A DNA stretch of 64,000 bases from Blastocystis sp. Blastoise (Eukaryota; Protista; Bigyra: Opalinata). Of this stretch, positions 19,573 to 41,012 are shown one piece after another; position 1 is the first letter of the stretch, and the number at the start of each line of letters is the position of its first letter. Location: the NCBI GenBank assembly GCA_039096225.1, contig JBBPEB010000034.1:744001-808000 (forward strand), given 5' to 3'. Made by a program: the position numbers and the translations under genes. Below the pieces are notes generated by a model. It had not been told where the DNA came from, did not search any database, and worked only from the letters and a program-made list of their open reading frames with translations.

Positions 19573-19894
19573 TCAGAAGCTCAGGATAAAGCTCTTGAAG
19601 CTAAAAATACAAAGAAACGATTCCTTTTTGAAGATGATGGATATCAACTGTATATATTCATATTCATTACTTAATTATTTCCAAAAACAACTATTATTTA
19701 TATGTCTTTTATTTATTCCATTATTATAGTGATTTTATGGAAGATGATAATAATGAAGATGTATATATATATATAAATTGAAAAAATTACCTATGATAAA
19801 TATTCTATATATATAGCGAGATCAAGAGGGTGTTTCAAGTAAACGAAAAATGGTTTCCAAAGATGACGATAACGATAACGATAACGATGACTAA
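17302..19894 (+). CDS. IK: RED/IK spliceosomal protein
   Basis: RED_N motifs 'PKYRDRAQE', 'TKQLGGDLLHTHLVKGLD' and 'IPPLIAHSKYDCP'. All introns are GT-AG and in frame. Confidence 0.88.
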
Positions 19895-20351
19895 AAACTC
19901 ATTATATAAGATCTGAATTATCTTCTTTATTCATATAAAGAGAGTTCATTTTCATTTTTTCATTCATTTGTGTTGCATATAGTGTTTTGTAATTATAAAT
20001 AAATTTCATAAAATCTTCAGCGAGTTTAGATTATGAATATTATACTTATTTAAAACCGAAAAGTAATATTCTCACATTTAGTTTTTTTTTGGATTCTATT
20101 ATTTATGACCTTAACCTAATGTTCAAGTCCTTGACTTCTCTTTTTAAATACATAGAGCTCAATATCTATTGTAAAAATGATAAAAAACATTTTACAATTT
20201 TTTATACATTAAAAACATTTCTAATAATAACGGTTATTTTAAATTCTTAGTTGTATGGTTTTCCTTTTATTTGTATTTAACCGATCATTTTTTCTGATAG
20301 AATTTATTCTTCATTTTTATAATATCTTCTTCTTTTTCTCACTTGTGAATC

Positions 20352-21551
20352 ATGACTGAAATTGTTCCTAACGTCTTTGTATTACAAAACAGATCTTTGA
20401 AATATCTCATGACTGTTTTAAGAGATAAGAACACTTCCGAAGCTACTTTCAGACAATATGCTGATAGAGTTCATAGAATTCTTGTCGAAGAAGCTATCAC
20501 TTATTTACCTTCTGATGATGTAGTTATTGAAACTCCTTGTGGTAAATTTAATGGTTGTAAGCAATCCTCTGATAAATTATTAGCTATTTCTATTATTCGT
20601 GCTGGTATATATATATATTTAATTTAGAAATTAAGTTATGTATCGTAAATAGATATATATATATTTTAAATAATAATATTTATATAAATAAAATATGTTT
20701 TCAATATATATAGGAGATAGTCTTTTACAAGGTCTTTTAGATGTTTTACCTGACATTAAAATTGGTAAAATTCTTATTCAAAGAGATGAAAAGAGTAAAG
20801 ACAAAACTCCTATTTTATATATTATATTTATTATTTAAAGTTGATATAAAAGAGTATAAATTATTTATCTTATAACATACTGAATATGTTTATATATACA
20901 ATAGATGATATTAATATTCAATATATATCTCTATTACCTACTGAATATTTATTATGTACAATAGATGATATTAATATTCTATATATATATCTTTATTGCC
21001 TACTGAATATGTATTATATACAATAGTGGATATTAATATTCAATATATATAGTTATATTACTCTAAGATTCCTCGTAACGTTGAAGATTATCAAGTCATG
21101 ATTTGTGATCCTATGCTCGCTACTGGTGGTAGCGTTTGTATGGCCATTAAGGTATATATACATATTAAATATTTATTAAATTTTTTTTTTATAAATGTTA
21201 TATTTTATAAAATTTTAAGTATTTTTGTAATAATAATTATAATTAATTATATATATATATATATAGGAATTAAAGGCTAGAGGTATTAAAGAAGAGAATA
21301 TATTATTTATTAATATTGTTTCTTGTCCTGAAGGCATACATAGAGTTATGAAGGAATATCCTCATATTAAGATTGTTACTGCTGCTTATGATGAAGGTCT
21401 TAACGATCAACGTTATATTGTCCCTGTATATCATCTATATACTATAATAATACTTAAACATTATAAACTAATATGATATATATATACTCATAATATTATT
21501 TATATATAGGGTCTTGGTGATTATGGTGATAGATATTTCAATACTGTTTAA
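20352..21551 (+). CDS. UPRT: Uracil phosphoribosyltransferase, 5 exons
   Basis: 'LMTVLRDKNT', 'SIIRAGDS', 'GKILIQRDE', PRPP motif 'ICDPMLATGGS', 'YIVPGLGDYGDRYF'. Intron 2 (20815-21052) has a non-GT donor. Confidence 0.95.
20878..21052 (+). repeat. Three diverged ~61-63-bp tandem repeats in UPRT intron 2
   Basis: TACTGAATAT...TACAATAG(AT/TG)GATATTAATATTC.ATATATAT occurs three times; the last copy supplies the acceptor AG. Confidence 0.8.
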
Positions 21552-22243
21552 ATAATATAAAAATAGAAAATTATCTTATTTTATAATGTGTTACCTAGTA
21601 GACAATTTATATCTATCTCTTGTTTTCTTATAAGAATTGAATAGAATTCCTATATCTATATTTTTTTGTACTATAATTGTGTAGCCTTTATTACGAATCG
21701 TTTTGTTTTGTTGTATTATTTTATTATTTATGTATTCTAACATATACCTATTCATACACATTTATTAAATCTATGCCTATATACAATAAACAACACAATA
21801 TGAAATGATGTTCACACGAATTAAACAAAATAAGTACTTAATTCATCATTTTCAAAACTAATAACATCTATATATTTATAAGATAATACATGAAGAATCT
21901 TATACGTTTTTTATTGATTACCTTTCAATAACTAATCATTATTCTCATAATCTAAGTTATTTATTGTAAAACTAGTCTCGTTATAGTTCACTCAGCATTA
22001 TCATTCTACTCGTTGATATACTGTGAGTTAAATAAACAATAACAAAATGATTTCAATTATATTCTTGTTTTTTTTTAACATGAAATCCATCAACATATTT
22101 CAATCATTATAACAATCACAACAAACTATTTTTCAAAAAATAATATATTTTTATACAACTATAAAATCAAAAGAATTAATAAATTTCCATTTTTTTTCTG
22201 TTTTATTTCATAAAATTTTTTTTTAATAAAGTATCTTTTCATA

Positions 22244-23488
22244 ATGCTTGTCAATAGCTTTATTTATTTGGTTATTCTATTTCTTATAACTTCAACAGAA
22301 GCTAGAAGAGGAGAGTATGCGTATTCATTAAGCATTTTATCAATAATAGTGTTCTTGATTATATTGATCAAAAGGAATATCAGCGATTTCTAGAAGATCC
22401 AACGAAAGAATACCTTTTACTATTCTTTAAAAGTAAAGAATGCGAAGTTTGTCATTGGATGGTTTATGATGCTATCATGTTGTCTTATTTCTATGATCAA
22501 CAACCCTCTGTAAGTCACTTATTAACAATCTATGCAATTTATTATTGTAATCTCTAAGATATGAATTATTTTTTCTCCATTACATAGATGAAAGTAGGTA
22601 TTGCTTTGTCACAAAACTTCACTGAACTAGCAAACTTCTGTGATGTCGAAACAGATGCTTCTGGACCTGAATATCGTCTCGTTATTAAAAAGGATCATCG
22701 ATGCTATTCCAATATTGAACGAATCAACTTTGTATATACTATTATATCCATATTCTAATTTATCTATATATTCTCTATAGATGGATTGGCTACATTCAAA
22801 GACTTATTTAACTCAACAACCTTCATATATTCAAGTATTAACAGATTCCAATTTTGATTCTATTAAAAATTCTTCTCAAGAAAAAGAAAAATATTTCTTC
22901 GTGTTATTTTATGTTCCTTGGCAAACACGTTGCCATGATATTTCAATTACTTATGAGAGAATTGCTAAAGTCTTAAAGGTATATAAATTACTATATTATA
23001 ATATATATTTATTATTATAATGGATAATATATTCTATTTGTGAATTTATTATTATTTTAATTTCAACTTCTATTTCTTGTTGATATATATATATAGGGGA
23101 CTTCATCGATAATCATGGGAAAAATCGATTGTCAGGGGAATCCTGAGATTTGTTCACGGTATCATACAGAAGCATTTCCCTCCTTTCAATTTTATTATTC
23201 TAATGGAACTCTTTGTAGAGATCGTGTTCCAATGACGCAATATGGATATGGAATACTATCATTTATTAATGATCATATTCGTATATTTTTTTATATATAT
23301 GTTAATATCTATATTTTTAAATTTTTTACATTTTATAAATATATATATAAATATATAAATATATATGATATTTGTGTTGATTATATTATTCATAATATTA
23401 TATATAGAAACATATTATACTATTGATGGAACATTAAATCATAAATATGGACGAGTTCATGAACTAGATACTTTGGTATTGAATTATT

Positions 23489-23519
<31 letters not shown>

Positions 23520-24353
23520 TGTATGAATTCTATCTTATTATATATATAGAGTAATAAAAAGGATAAAGAATTATATCGTAAACAAATTATATCGAAAAAA
23601 AATATATATAAACAAACAGCTATTTATTTTAAATATATAAAAGAAATAGAAAAGAAGAATTCTTTAGAAGACATTAAAACACAGTTAGAAACACAATTAG
23701 AAAAGGGAAAAGATGATATTCATTATATGAATAATATGATGAAATATAATATTTTAAATGAATTTATTCCTTTACAAACAAAAGGATTTGTATATAATAT
23801 TCTATTTATTATATATTTATTATTATGATTATACATATAATTATGATAATATGTATAATTATGATATTATATAATATTAAAATAATATATATATATAATT
23901 ATGATTCTATATATAGATTAATATGTCAGCAGGACTTCTTCACCGTTATATTCAAGAACGATATCCGATTCTATTACTGTTCCATACTTCGTGGTGCGTC
24001 AAATGTACGGAGACTTATGATGCTATGGTATATATGCTATATTATGAGGTTTTGACTATATATAATATAATATAATATAATATAATATAATATAATATAT
24101 ATAATATAATATATATATATATAGAAGAAAGTTTCAGAAGTTGGTTATAAGAATACAATTATCGCTGAAATCGATGGAGATTTATATCCTGAACTTATCG
24201 TATATATATATATATATATTGTATTTTATTTATTATTATATTAAATATTTTGATTTTGGTTTTTTAAATATTATATTAATTTTTCTCAATTTTTGTTATT
24301 TTCATTTATTTATTTATTCTTGCATATTTCTCTCCTTCTCTTCCCTCTAAATA

Positions 24354-24404
<51 letters not shown>

Positions 24405-24735
24405 ACATGATGGGTATATTGGGATATCCCTCTCTTCGTTGGCATGGCATACAGGATGAAACGAAATATCTTTATAATAATAATTATTATATATATTATA
24501 ATTATGTTATACTTATAATCATTATAATAATTATAATATAATAATTATAATATAATAATTATAATATATAATATATTCATTCATATTTTCTTTAATGTTT
24601 ACTTTTTCTCAAGTTTCTACAGAACATACTTATGAAGCTATTTATAATTATATCAAAACCCATGTTGACAATCCAATGTTAAATGATTCTCCTTATGGCG
24701 AACTATCGCATACAAATATAAATGAAGAATTATAA
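22244..24735 (+). CDS. ER protein disulfide isomerase-like protein: signal peptide, Trx, Trx, ERp29-C-like helical domain, Trx, NEEL
   Basis: Hydrophobic leader; 'KECEVCH'; 'FYVPWQTRCH..GKIDC..AFPSFQF'; 'YGRVHELDTL..YNILNEF'; 'FHTSWCVKC..AEIDG..ILGYPSL'; C-terminal NEEL (KDEL-like). Confidence 0.8.
24466..24602 (+). other. U12-type AT-AC intron
   Basis: Donor ATATCTTT; branch TTTCTTTAAT at 24587-24596; AC at 24601-24602. This splice keeps the frame to the NEEL stop, whereas the AG at 24613 gives a premature stop. Confidence 0.85.
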
Positions 24736-25484
24736 TTATATATATACATTTAGAATTAAATAGTTTTAAAATTTATTATATATATATATAATATGAAAAT
24801 TTATTATTCTATATAAATCAATTGTTTCCTATGTAATATATTTATAGTTAGTTTATTCTATTTATTTTGTTTTTAGTTATTCAGAATTATATATATATAT
24901 AATATTGATTAATGATGATCTATTAATGTTAATAATAATCTTAGAGTCTTATATATCTATATAAAGAGTATTACTGATTATTTTAGATAGAATATATGAA
25001 ATATTATCATTAATAAATATAAAGAATACTATGAACAGTTTAAAGTATTAATATGCTAAAAATATCTTATGAATTTACATTATTAATTTGATTCGAATAA
25101 AAGAAACGTTATTAATTATTAAATAAGCAACAACATATTTTTTTAGATTTATATATTTTTATAGTAAGAATTAAACATTAATATATATAGAAATATTAAA
25201 ATGAAACATGTAACAAACAAAAAGAAAAAGAGTTTTTTAATCATATATACAATGTTTACAATTCTTAAATGAATTAAATGAATATATAATGATATATATA
25301 TATAGATAAATAATAAATAATGATGAATAAAAATGTATTAAAAAAAATAAGTTTGAATTCTATTGGAATATATAATGAAAGAAAATAAATATATAAATAG
25401 AGAAAGAGAAAACCATATTAACATAATCTATAATATATATATATAGTATTAAATATATATCTTTATATATCAAAATCTATATCA

Positions 25485-29665
<4,181 letters not shown>

Positions 29666-30307
29666 TCTTTTTTATTGATGAAGATCAAACAAAAGCAAAT
29701 GATTTAACAGTATACTATTTTTTAAAAAGATTTTCAGGTTTTGTTTTTTTATTATTAAAAATAACTATAAATATTTGAAAAATTAGAGTCAGTATTCTGG
29801 AAATAATCACAATTCCTATTTTACAAAATACTTCTTGACTTTTTTAATGCTTTTTAAATGACTTTTATTTATTTTTATTCTTTTGTTTTCATAAAATGAG
29901 GACTAACAGATTTAGTAAGGTATGATATTGCAAGATCCACTTGATAAATAACTCTAAAAAAAATGGATTTCGAAAAAACTGATCTTAAAACTATTATAAG
30001 TAGGATTCCTGGATTATGGAATAATCTTAGATTGAGTGAATCAATAATTAATGAAATGAAATGATAGAATTGACATTTTCAAATAAAACAATTGATGGAA
30101 AATATTTAAAACTAAGTGAAACATATAGTGGCGAATCTAACCGATTAAAATAAAATCGTTTTTTGTTCAACAAACATAATATAGGATAAATCTACTTAGA
30201 AATTTATAATAATAGCTCACAAAAAGTATATATATGGGATATAGTAAATTAGAAAGTAAAATATAAAAAAAAAAGAAAAGAAATAAAATAATAAAATAAT
30301 AATAAAA

Positions 30308-34443
<4,136 letters not shown>

Positions 34444-34702
34444 TTCAAAATTATCATATATAAATGAAGATCAGTTCTTTAACAGGAATCTTTCTTTAAA
34501 ATAAGTTTGTGGAAGATACTAGAACACAAAAAGGAAGTTTAAATAAGCAAAATATTATTTTTAATAAATTTTCAGGTTTTTTTTTGAGTTTCATAAATTA
34601 AATGTTTTTAAAAAGAAAATATCAGTTCTATCTAGTTATAAATAATTTATAAAGTAATTAAATATTCTTGATTATCGTATGTACTATAAAATAGATAAAT
34701 CA

Positions 34703-35748
34703 ATGGGAAAACAGAAAGGAAGATCGGATTGGGATGAAGCTATGGAAGCTACTGGACATAGAGTTGTCAAGAAAGAAGAGAAGAAGTGGCCAAATAGGTT
34801 GCGAACTACAACTCGAATGGTTTTATATAAGAATGATTCATTAGTTGAAGATGTATGATTTCTTTAAATATATTCATTGGTTAATATTCTTTGTAATTGT
34901 ATGGAACATCTAAAAATATATATATACTATAGGATTTTCTAAAGTTTTTGGAGAATTTAGAAAAAGATAATTATGATGATGAAGAAGAAACTATTCAAGA
35001 AGAATTGACAGCGAATGATCTTAAATTGGAACAGAGTCGAAAACGAAGGAAATTAAATGATTTAAAACCAGAATTGTATGACTATGAATAGATTTAATAT
35101 GAATATAATTATATATATATATATATAGAACAAAGATACCTTCATATACATTTAAACGAGCATTAGAATATGAAGTATATTGAATTCATATATATATGAT
35201 TTTTTTTTGAAAGTGTATTTTAGATTTATTTTATTATTATATTATGCTTTCATTTATTTATTATTCTATCAATTATAGACTTTATATAACAAAGAAAAAG
35301 AAAAATTAACTTATTTAAATATTAATAGTGAAGCATCTATTTATCCAGAAAGACATTTCTGTTCTATTTGTGGATATCCTTTGAATTATTATTATTTTTT
35401 TATTATATTATTTTTATTATATTATTTTTATTATATTATTTTTATTATATTTTTTTATTATATTATTATTGTTTTTAAATTTTTATTATATTATGTTTAT
35501 TATTATTATTCTATTACATATTATTATTCTATTAAAACACATTTTTATTACAAATTATTATTCTATTACTTATGATTATAATTATCTTTTTACGCTACTC
35601 TATATATCTTTTTAAAATAGAAAGTAATTTCTTTAATTCTTGATGTACAAAATATTCAAATTGTCGCTGTATATATTGTGGCAATCGTTTTTGTGATTAT
35701 AAATGTTTAACAATTCATCAAAAAACACAATGTAAAACAGGTCTTTAA
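34703..35748 (+). CDS. ZNHIT1: HIT zinc finger SWR1/SRCAP subunit (Vps71/SWC6/ZNHIT1)
   Basis: 'LENLEKDNY', 'TYLNINSEASIYPERHFCSICGKYSNCRCIYCGNRFCDYKCLTIHQKTQC'. Confidence 0.88.
35374..35648 (+). other. U12-type AT-AC intron
   Basis: Donor ATATCCTTT; branch TTTCTTTAAT at 35628-35637; AC at 35647-35648. Splicing restores the zf-HIT spacing CxxCG-x6-CxxCG. Confidence 0.92.
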
Positions 35749-35941
35749 TAATTATATATATATATTGCATCGCTTTATTTCTTTTTATTCGAAATTTGTT
35801 GTGTTTATATAAGTTGAGAAAGACAGAATAAAATTATAATTCTTTATACTTTTTTAATAATAAAGATATTCAACTGGGAAATATCAACAAACATTTTTAT
35901 TTATTCTCTTTTTAGAAAATATAGATTTTCTTCAAATAGAA

Positions 35942-37548
35942 ATGTCAGTTTCGTTATCTAAATCACTTCTAGAAATGAAAAATGCTATTTGTTTCACTGG
36001 ACAAGGAAGTCAATTTGTTGGAATGGGAAAACAATTAATCAAAGAATTCCCTTATTCCAAATTCATATATGAACAAGTGGATGAGAGACTAAAACGATAT
36101 TTATCAAAGATAATATTAGAAGGTGATGAAGTAATTCTATTATTTGTTATTGATATTCAATTTATAGAGTGATTTAAGAGATACTCAGAACACACAACCA
36201 GCACTCTTATGTCATGAAGCAGCTATTTTAGAAATTTTAAAGGTAATTGTGTTTTTTTACTTGAATATATATTAATTTAGAAAGAATATGATTTCAAACC
36301 TCAATTAGACTCTATAAAATATTTATTAGGTCACTCTGTAGGAGAAATTGTAGCATTATATGCATCAAATGCTCTTGATTTGGATGATTCTGCTTCACTT
36401 CTTGTATATTATCCTTAATTTTTTAAATTTATTTAGCTAACTATACTATTTTAAATATAATAATAATAATTATAATAATAAATGTTATTGTATTAAAATA
36501 ATTGTATTATAGTCCTTTAGAGCTTCTCTTATTTCTTCGGTTCGAAATCCATCAAAAGATTATGGAATGCTTGCTTGTTTATATCCAAATAAAGAGTTAA
36601 TTAATAATGAAATAAAACATATTAATGATAATTCTACATATACAATAACATTAGCAAATATTAATAGTCCTCAACAAGTATAAAAATATACTTATTGTCA
36701 TCAAATAATATAGCTATTATATTTGATATGTTATATATATATCTTTTTGCGTTATAATTATAGTTAATGGCACAATATATATATATTTATTTTGTGATTC
36801 TATGTATTTATAATAATGATAAATATAATATTTTTATACATAAATATATTATTATATATATATATTTCTTCTTAAACTATATTGAATTATAGAATATAGA
36901 TTTTTTTTTTTATTCTTCTTCGAATATATTGAATTATTCATTATATAAGTATTTTTCTATTTTTCATTATAATATACTTTTCTAAATATTATTCTCCAAA
37001 TAATAATAAAACAATTATCTATTTAGTACGTTATTAGTGGCTATCGAAAAGGATTAGAATTATTACAAGAAAAAAATATAAATAAAAAATTATTTAAAAA
37101 ATCAATTTTTTTAAATGTTAATTGTCCTTTTCATAGTGTCTTATTAGATCCTATATATACTGAATTTTATAATTATATTCATGAATATATTCAGTTTAAA
37201 GATCCAATCCCTTCAGTTTTTTCTAATTTTTCAGGTCTTCCTGTATTTATATGTTTATTCTATTATTCTTTTTATTATATTTTTTTCACTATTCTATATA
37301 ATTCTTAAATAAGAGATTCTTATGAAAACTATAAATATTATATGTAAAAAAAATATAGATATTCTTTATCTAGATGAAAACAAAAGAAGAGATTCCATTA
37401 AAATTAGCGAATCAATTAAATCACCCAGTATTATGGCAACAATGTGTAGAAGAATGCATAAAAGATCAAGTCACTACATTTATTGAAATAGGGCCAAAAC
37501 CTATTTTGAGTAATCTTAATAAACAAATAAACAATAAAATAATAACCT

Positions 37549-37589
<41 letters not shown>

Positions 37590-37804
37590 AAATCATTCGT
37601 ATACATTATTCAATAAATTATATATAATTAAATAGAACAAAAAGAAAAATATATATATACTTAAATATGAATCAATATTCTCTTACATAATATTTATACG
37701 ATTTTTATTATTATAAACTCTGCATTATATAGTATTCATTTATTTATATATATAGATCTATCTGTGACGTAGAAGATATTAAGAGATTTCAATCATTATT
37801 GTGA
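35942..37804 (+). CDS. MCAT: Malonyl-CoA:ACP transacylase (FabD), short N-terminal extension (possible organellar targeting)
   Basis: 'FTGQGSQFVGMG', 'TQNTQPAL', catalytic 'GHSVGE', 'NINSPQQYVISG', 'VNCPFHS', 'QLNHPVLW', 'FIEIGP'. Confidence 0.93.
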
Positions 37805-37840
37805 ATAGTATTATTTAGGAATGAACTATTATTTGGTTTT

Positions 37841-37848
37841 TGTTTGTT
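37841..37848 (+). terminator. TGTTTGTT putative 3'-end/polyadenylation element
   Basis: 37 nt downstream of the MCAT stop, on the coding strand. Confidence 0.55.
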
Positions 37849-38441
37849 TATAAATGGTGATTGATGAGAACCTATGATAATGAAAACTGGACAGCCTATA
37901 AAGGTCATTTTTTCAATTTGTTAATTCATTACTCTAGAAAACATAAAACATTATTTAGTGAACCAAAAAAAAGAGTATAAGTTGTGTATGATGCATATAT
38001 ATGAGTTCCTTTCAATCTTTGATGGAAAAACTTCAATAAAAACTGCAATATTTCTGGAAATGACCTTTTGAAGTAAATTGACATAAAATTAGCACTGTTA
38101 AGAATGAATACCATTTACTTTCCATTATTTTAAAATCAATATTTCATATATATCATAAAAAACACACACAAAAAAAGATATGATAGAATAAAATGGATCA
38201 AAGATACACGAGGAATAATTGCAAAATGATAAATACTATCAAATAAGCAATCTATGATGAAAACAACGTTCATATACTTCTTTATACCGCGTTAAACGTG
38301 TCTGTGAAGTAACAAAAAAAATTCATTTAGATGATAGTGAGTGAATGGCCATTAGTTTATAAACAATGAGGGAAATAGAATAATATAAAGTAGACCATAG
38401 ATACTTTAATTTCACAATCAGAAGGTAATGTTGCATCGTAG

Positions 38442-38852
38442 CCAATAAAAATACTTAAGGCATCTTCTTTGTGGTATTTTTTTATTACCCCCCCAAATGA
38501 TTGTATAGGATATAATTTGTTTAAAATACCCCAAATTACGAATTCAATTAGCCAATAGAATAATTTCCAAAGAAGAAAATAGGGGTAATCAAAAAAGTTA
38601 TTGAATCTCTCGTATATATAGAATATTCACGATTATAATAGAATAATATGCAAGAAAATGTGAAATAATTTTGGTAAAGAATATGAATGAAAAAAATTTT
38701 TTTTCAATGAACAATCAAGAATTCTATTATATTATTGGCTGAAGATGATCAAATTATCAAATAGGAAAAACTAATAGGATTTAATGAGAATGATTGGCTC
38801 TTTTAAGTAGAAATCAAATCAAATGAAGAAGTTGGTTGGAATATTATCCAAT
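38442..38852. promoter_or_regulatory. Cluster of five CCAAT (NF-Y-type) boxes upstream of the gene at 39008
   Basis: CCAAT at 38442, 38552 and 38848; ATTGG at 38734 and 38793. Four of the five are in AGCCAAT context. Confidence 0.55.
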
Positions 38853-39007
38853 AAGAATCGAGTTTAAAATCGTTGTAACCCATATGAAATTTATCCCACG
38901 ATTAATTGTGAAAGACATTTCAAAAGGTCTTTTGCTAGATTATGAGAAAAGTCATAATTGTCTTTTAAAGGTTATTAGTTATATTTAATTACTGAAATAC
39001 TAATTTA

Positions 39008-39926
39008 ATGGATAGTGAAGTACAAGCTGAAGTTATAGATCAAAGTATTCAAGATATTGAAACTTCTGTTGACCAACCTTCAATTATTACTGAGACAACT
39101 GAAAATACTATTGATTCTGGAATTGAAATAAGTAATGCTGATGTGAGTAATGCTGCTGAGTTATCTCAGGAACCTTCTCCTAAGCAGAGTAGCGCAATTG
39201 ATAGTCCTCATTCTGTTGTTGAAGACTTAAATTCTTATGTAAATAATTTAGGATCATTTGAAAATGATGATCTTTGTGTGAAGTGTATTTTTTGTGACTT
39301 AAAAACATTTGATCTTCCCGCTTTTTGGAGTCATTGCGTATCTGAACATGGATTTGATAAAGATGATTTAAAAAAAAATCATAGTATGTTTTAAATTATT
39401 TATTATTGCTATTTTTTAAATATATTCTATAAAGTTTTTAAGTTTTTTTTTGCTATTTTTTTAGTAATATAATTTATATGATATATAATTTATATGATAT
39501 ATAATTTATATGATATATAATTTATATGATATATAATTTATATGATATATAATTTATATGATATATAATTTATTATGATAACATAATTTATATGATATAT
39601 AATTTATATGATATAATTTATTATAATATTTTTTATTATAATAATATAATTTATAATAATAAACTAATTAATATTTTAATAAAATAATATATATAGATGT
39701 TAATCAGGATGAATGGATAAAAATCGTTAATTATTTAAGAAGTCAACCTCAAGAGGAAAGAGCTAATGCATTTAAAAATTTATTTGTTGATAATAAATGG
39801 AAAAGTTATTTATATACAGAGCCTGTATTTGAAGATGATGCTTTATTTTATTTATTTAATGATTCTATTTTAGATTTTGATGAAGAAGATGAAATTAAAA
39901 ATAATGATGAAACTATAAATAATTAA
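39008..39926 (+). CDS. Stand-alone PRMT3-type C2H2 zinc-finger protein, 2 exons
   Basis: 'CIFCDLKTFDLPAFWSHCVSEHGFD' followed by 'WIKIVNYLR...KWKSYLYTEPVFEDDALF', then an acidic tail and a stop. Confidence 0.75.
39467..39622 (+). repeat. 16-bp minisatellite (ATATAATTTATATGAT) x ~9, intronic
   Basis: Visible tandem array within the single intron of the 39008 gene. Confidence 0.85.
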
Positions 39927-40517
39927 ATATGTATATATAGATCTATCTATACTCTATACTTGATATTTCATTTTCTATTTGTTATATATGGTATTTTAAA
40001 GTTTAAATTGTATGGTAAAAGATTTCTGTTATCTGTATTTTTTCTTGTATCTCAATTCATATATATATATTTTATTTATATTTTGTATTCCTCATTTTTT
40101 CCTATTCGATTGCTATAAATATATATAATGTATTTTTTGTATATTGTTCTTTAAATATATATGTATATATAATTTTGTTTTAATAAGTTTATCCTTTTTT
40201 TATTATTTTAAATTCAATATTCCTTCTTTAATTGCTCATTCAATGTTATTATTAATGTTGTTTTTTTTACATGTTATTGTTATTTCATTATTACTTGTTC
40301 TTATTTTCTAATTAGTTTTTAAATTATTTTTCTATTGTCTTTTTATTAATGGAATCGCTTGTTTTGTTTTGTTCATTTATAATTTTATTATTATTAGAAA
40401 ACTAAAATAATATATAGAATAATATATTCTGATATTTAATTTTTTTTTTGAATAAACAATTATATATATATATATATACGTAATATATATATTTATAAAG
40501 AATAAAGTAATTTCATT

Positions 40518-40745
40518 TTAGTTTGTATCTTCTAAATCTCCTTCCATATCCATTTCATCATCATCATCTCCTTCTTCTTCTCCTTCATCCATTTCACCAT
40601 CTAATTCTGCATTTTCTTGTTCAATTTTATCAAGTTCTTTTTGTACAGTCCAATTATTACAATCATTTATTTTATCATCTAAATCATGAATAATTTCCAA
40701 ATTAATTTGCATATCTTCTTGAATTTTCATCTAGACAAATAAAAA

Positions 40746-40824
<79 letters not shown>

Positions 40825-40946
40825 TTGTATATTTGATAAATTATTGACAATTACATTTAATACTATATTTATATGAATATTATATTATAATATATATAGA
40901 TATATATACCATCATTTGTAATATTATTAGGATCAGCAGCTAGATA

Positions 40947-41012
<66 letters not shown>

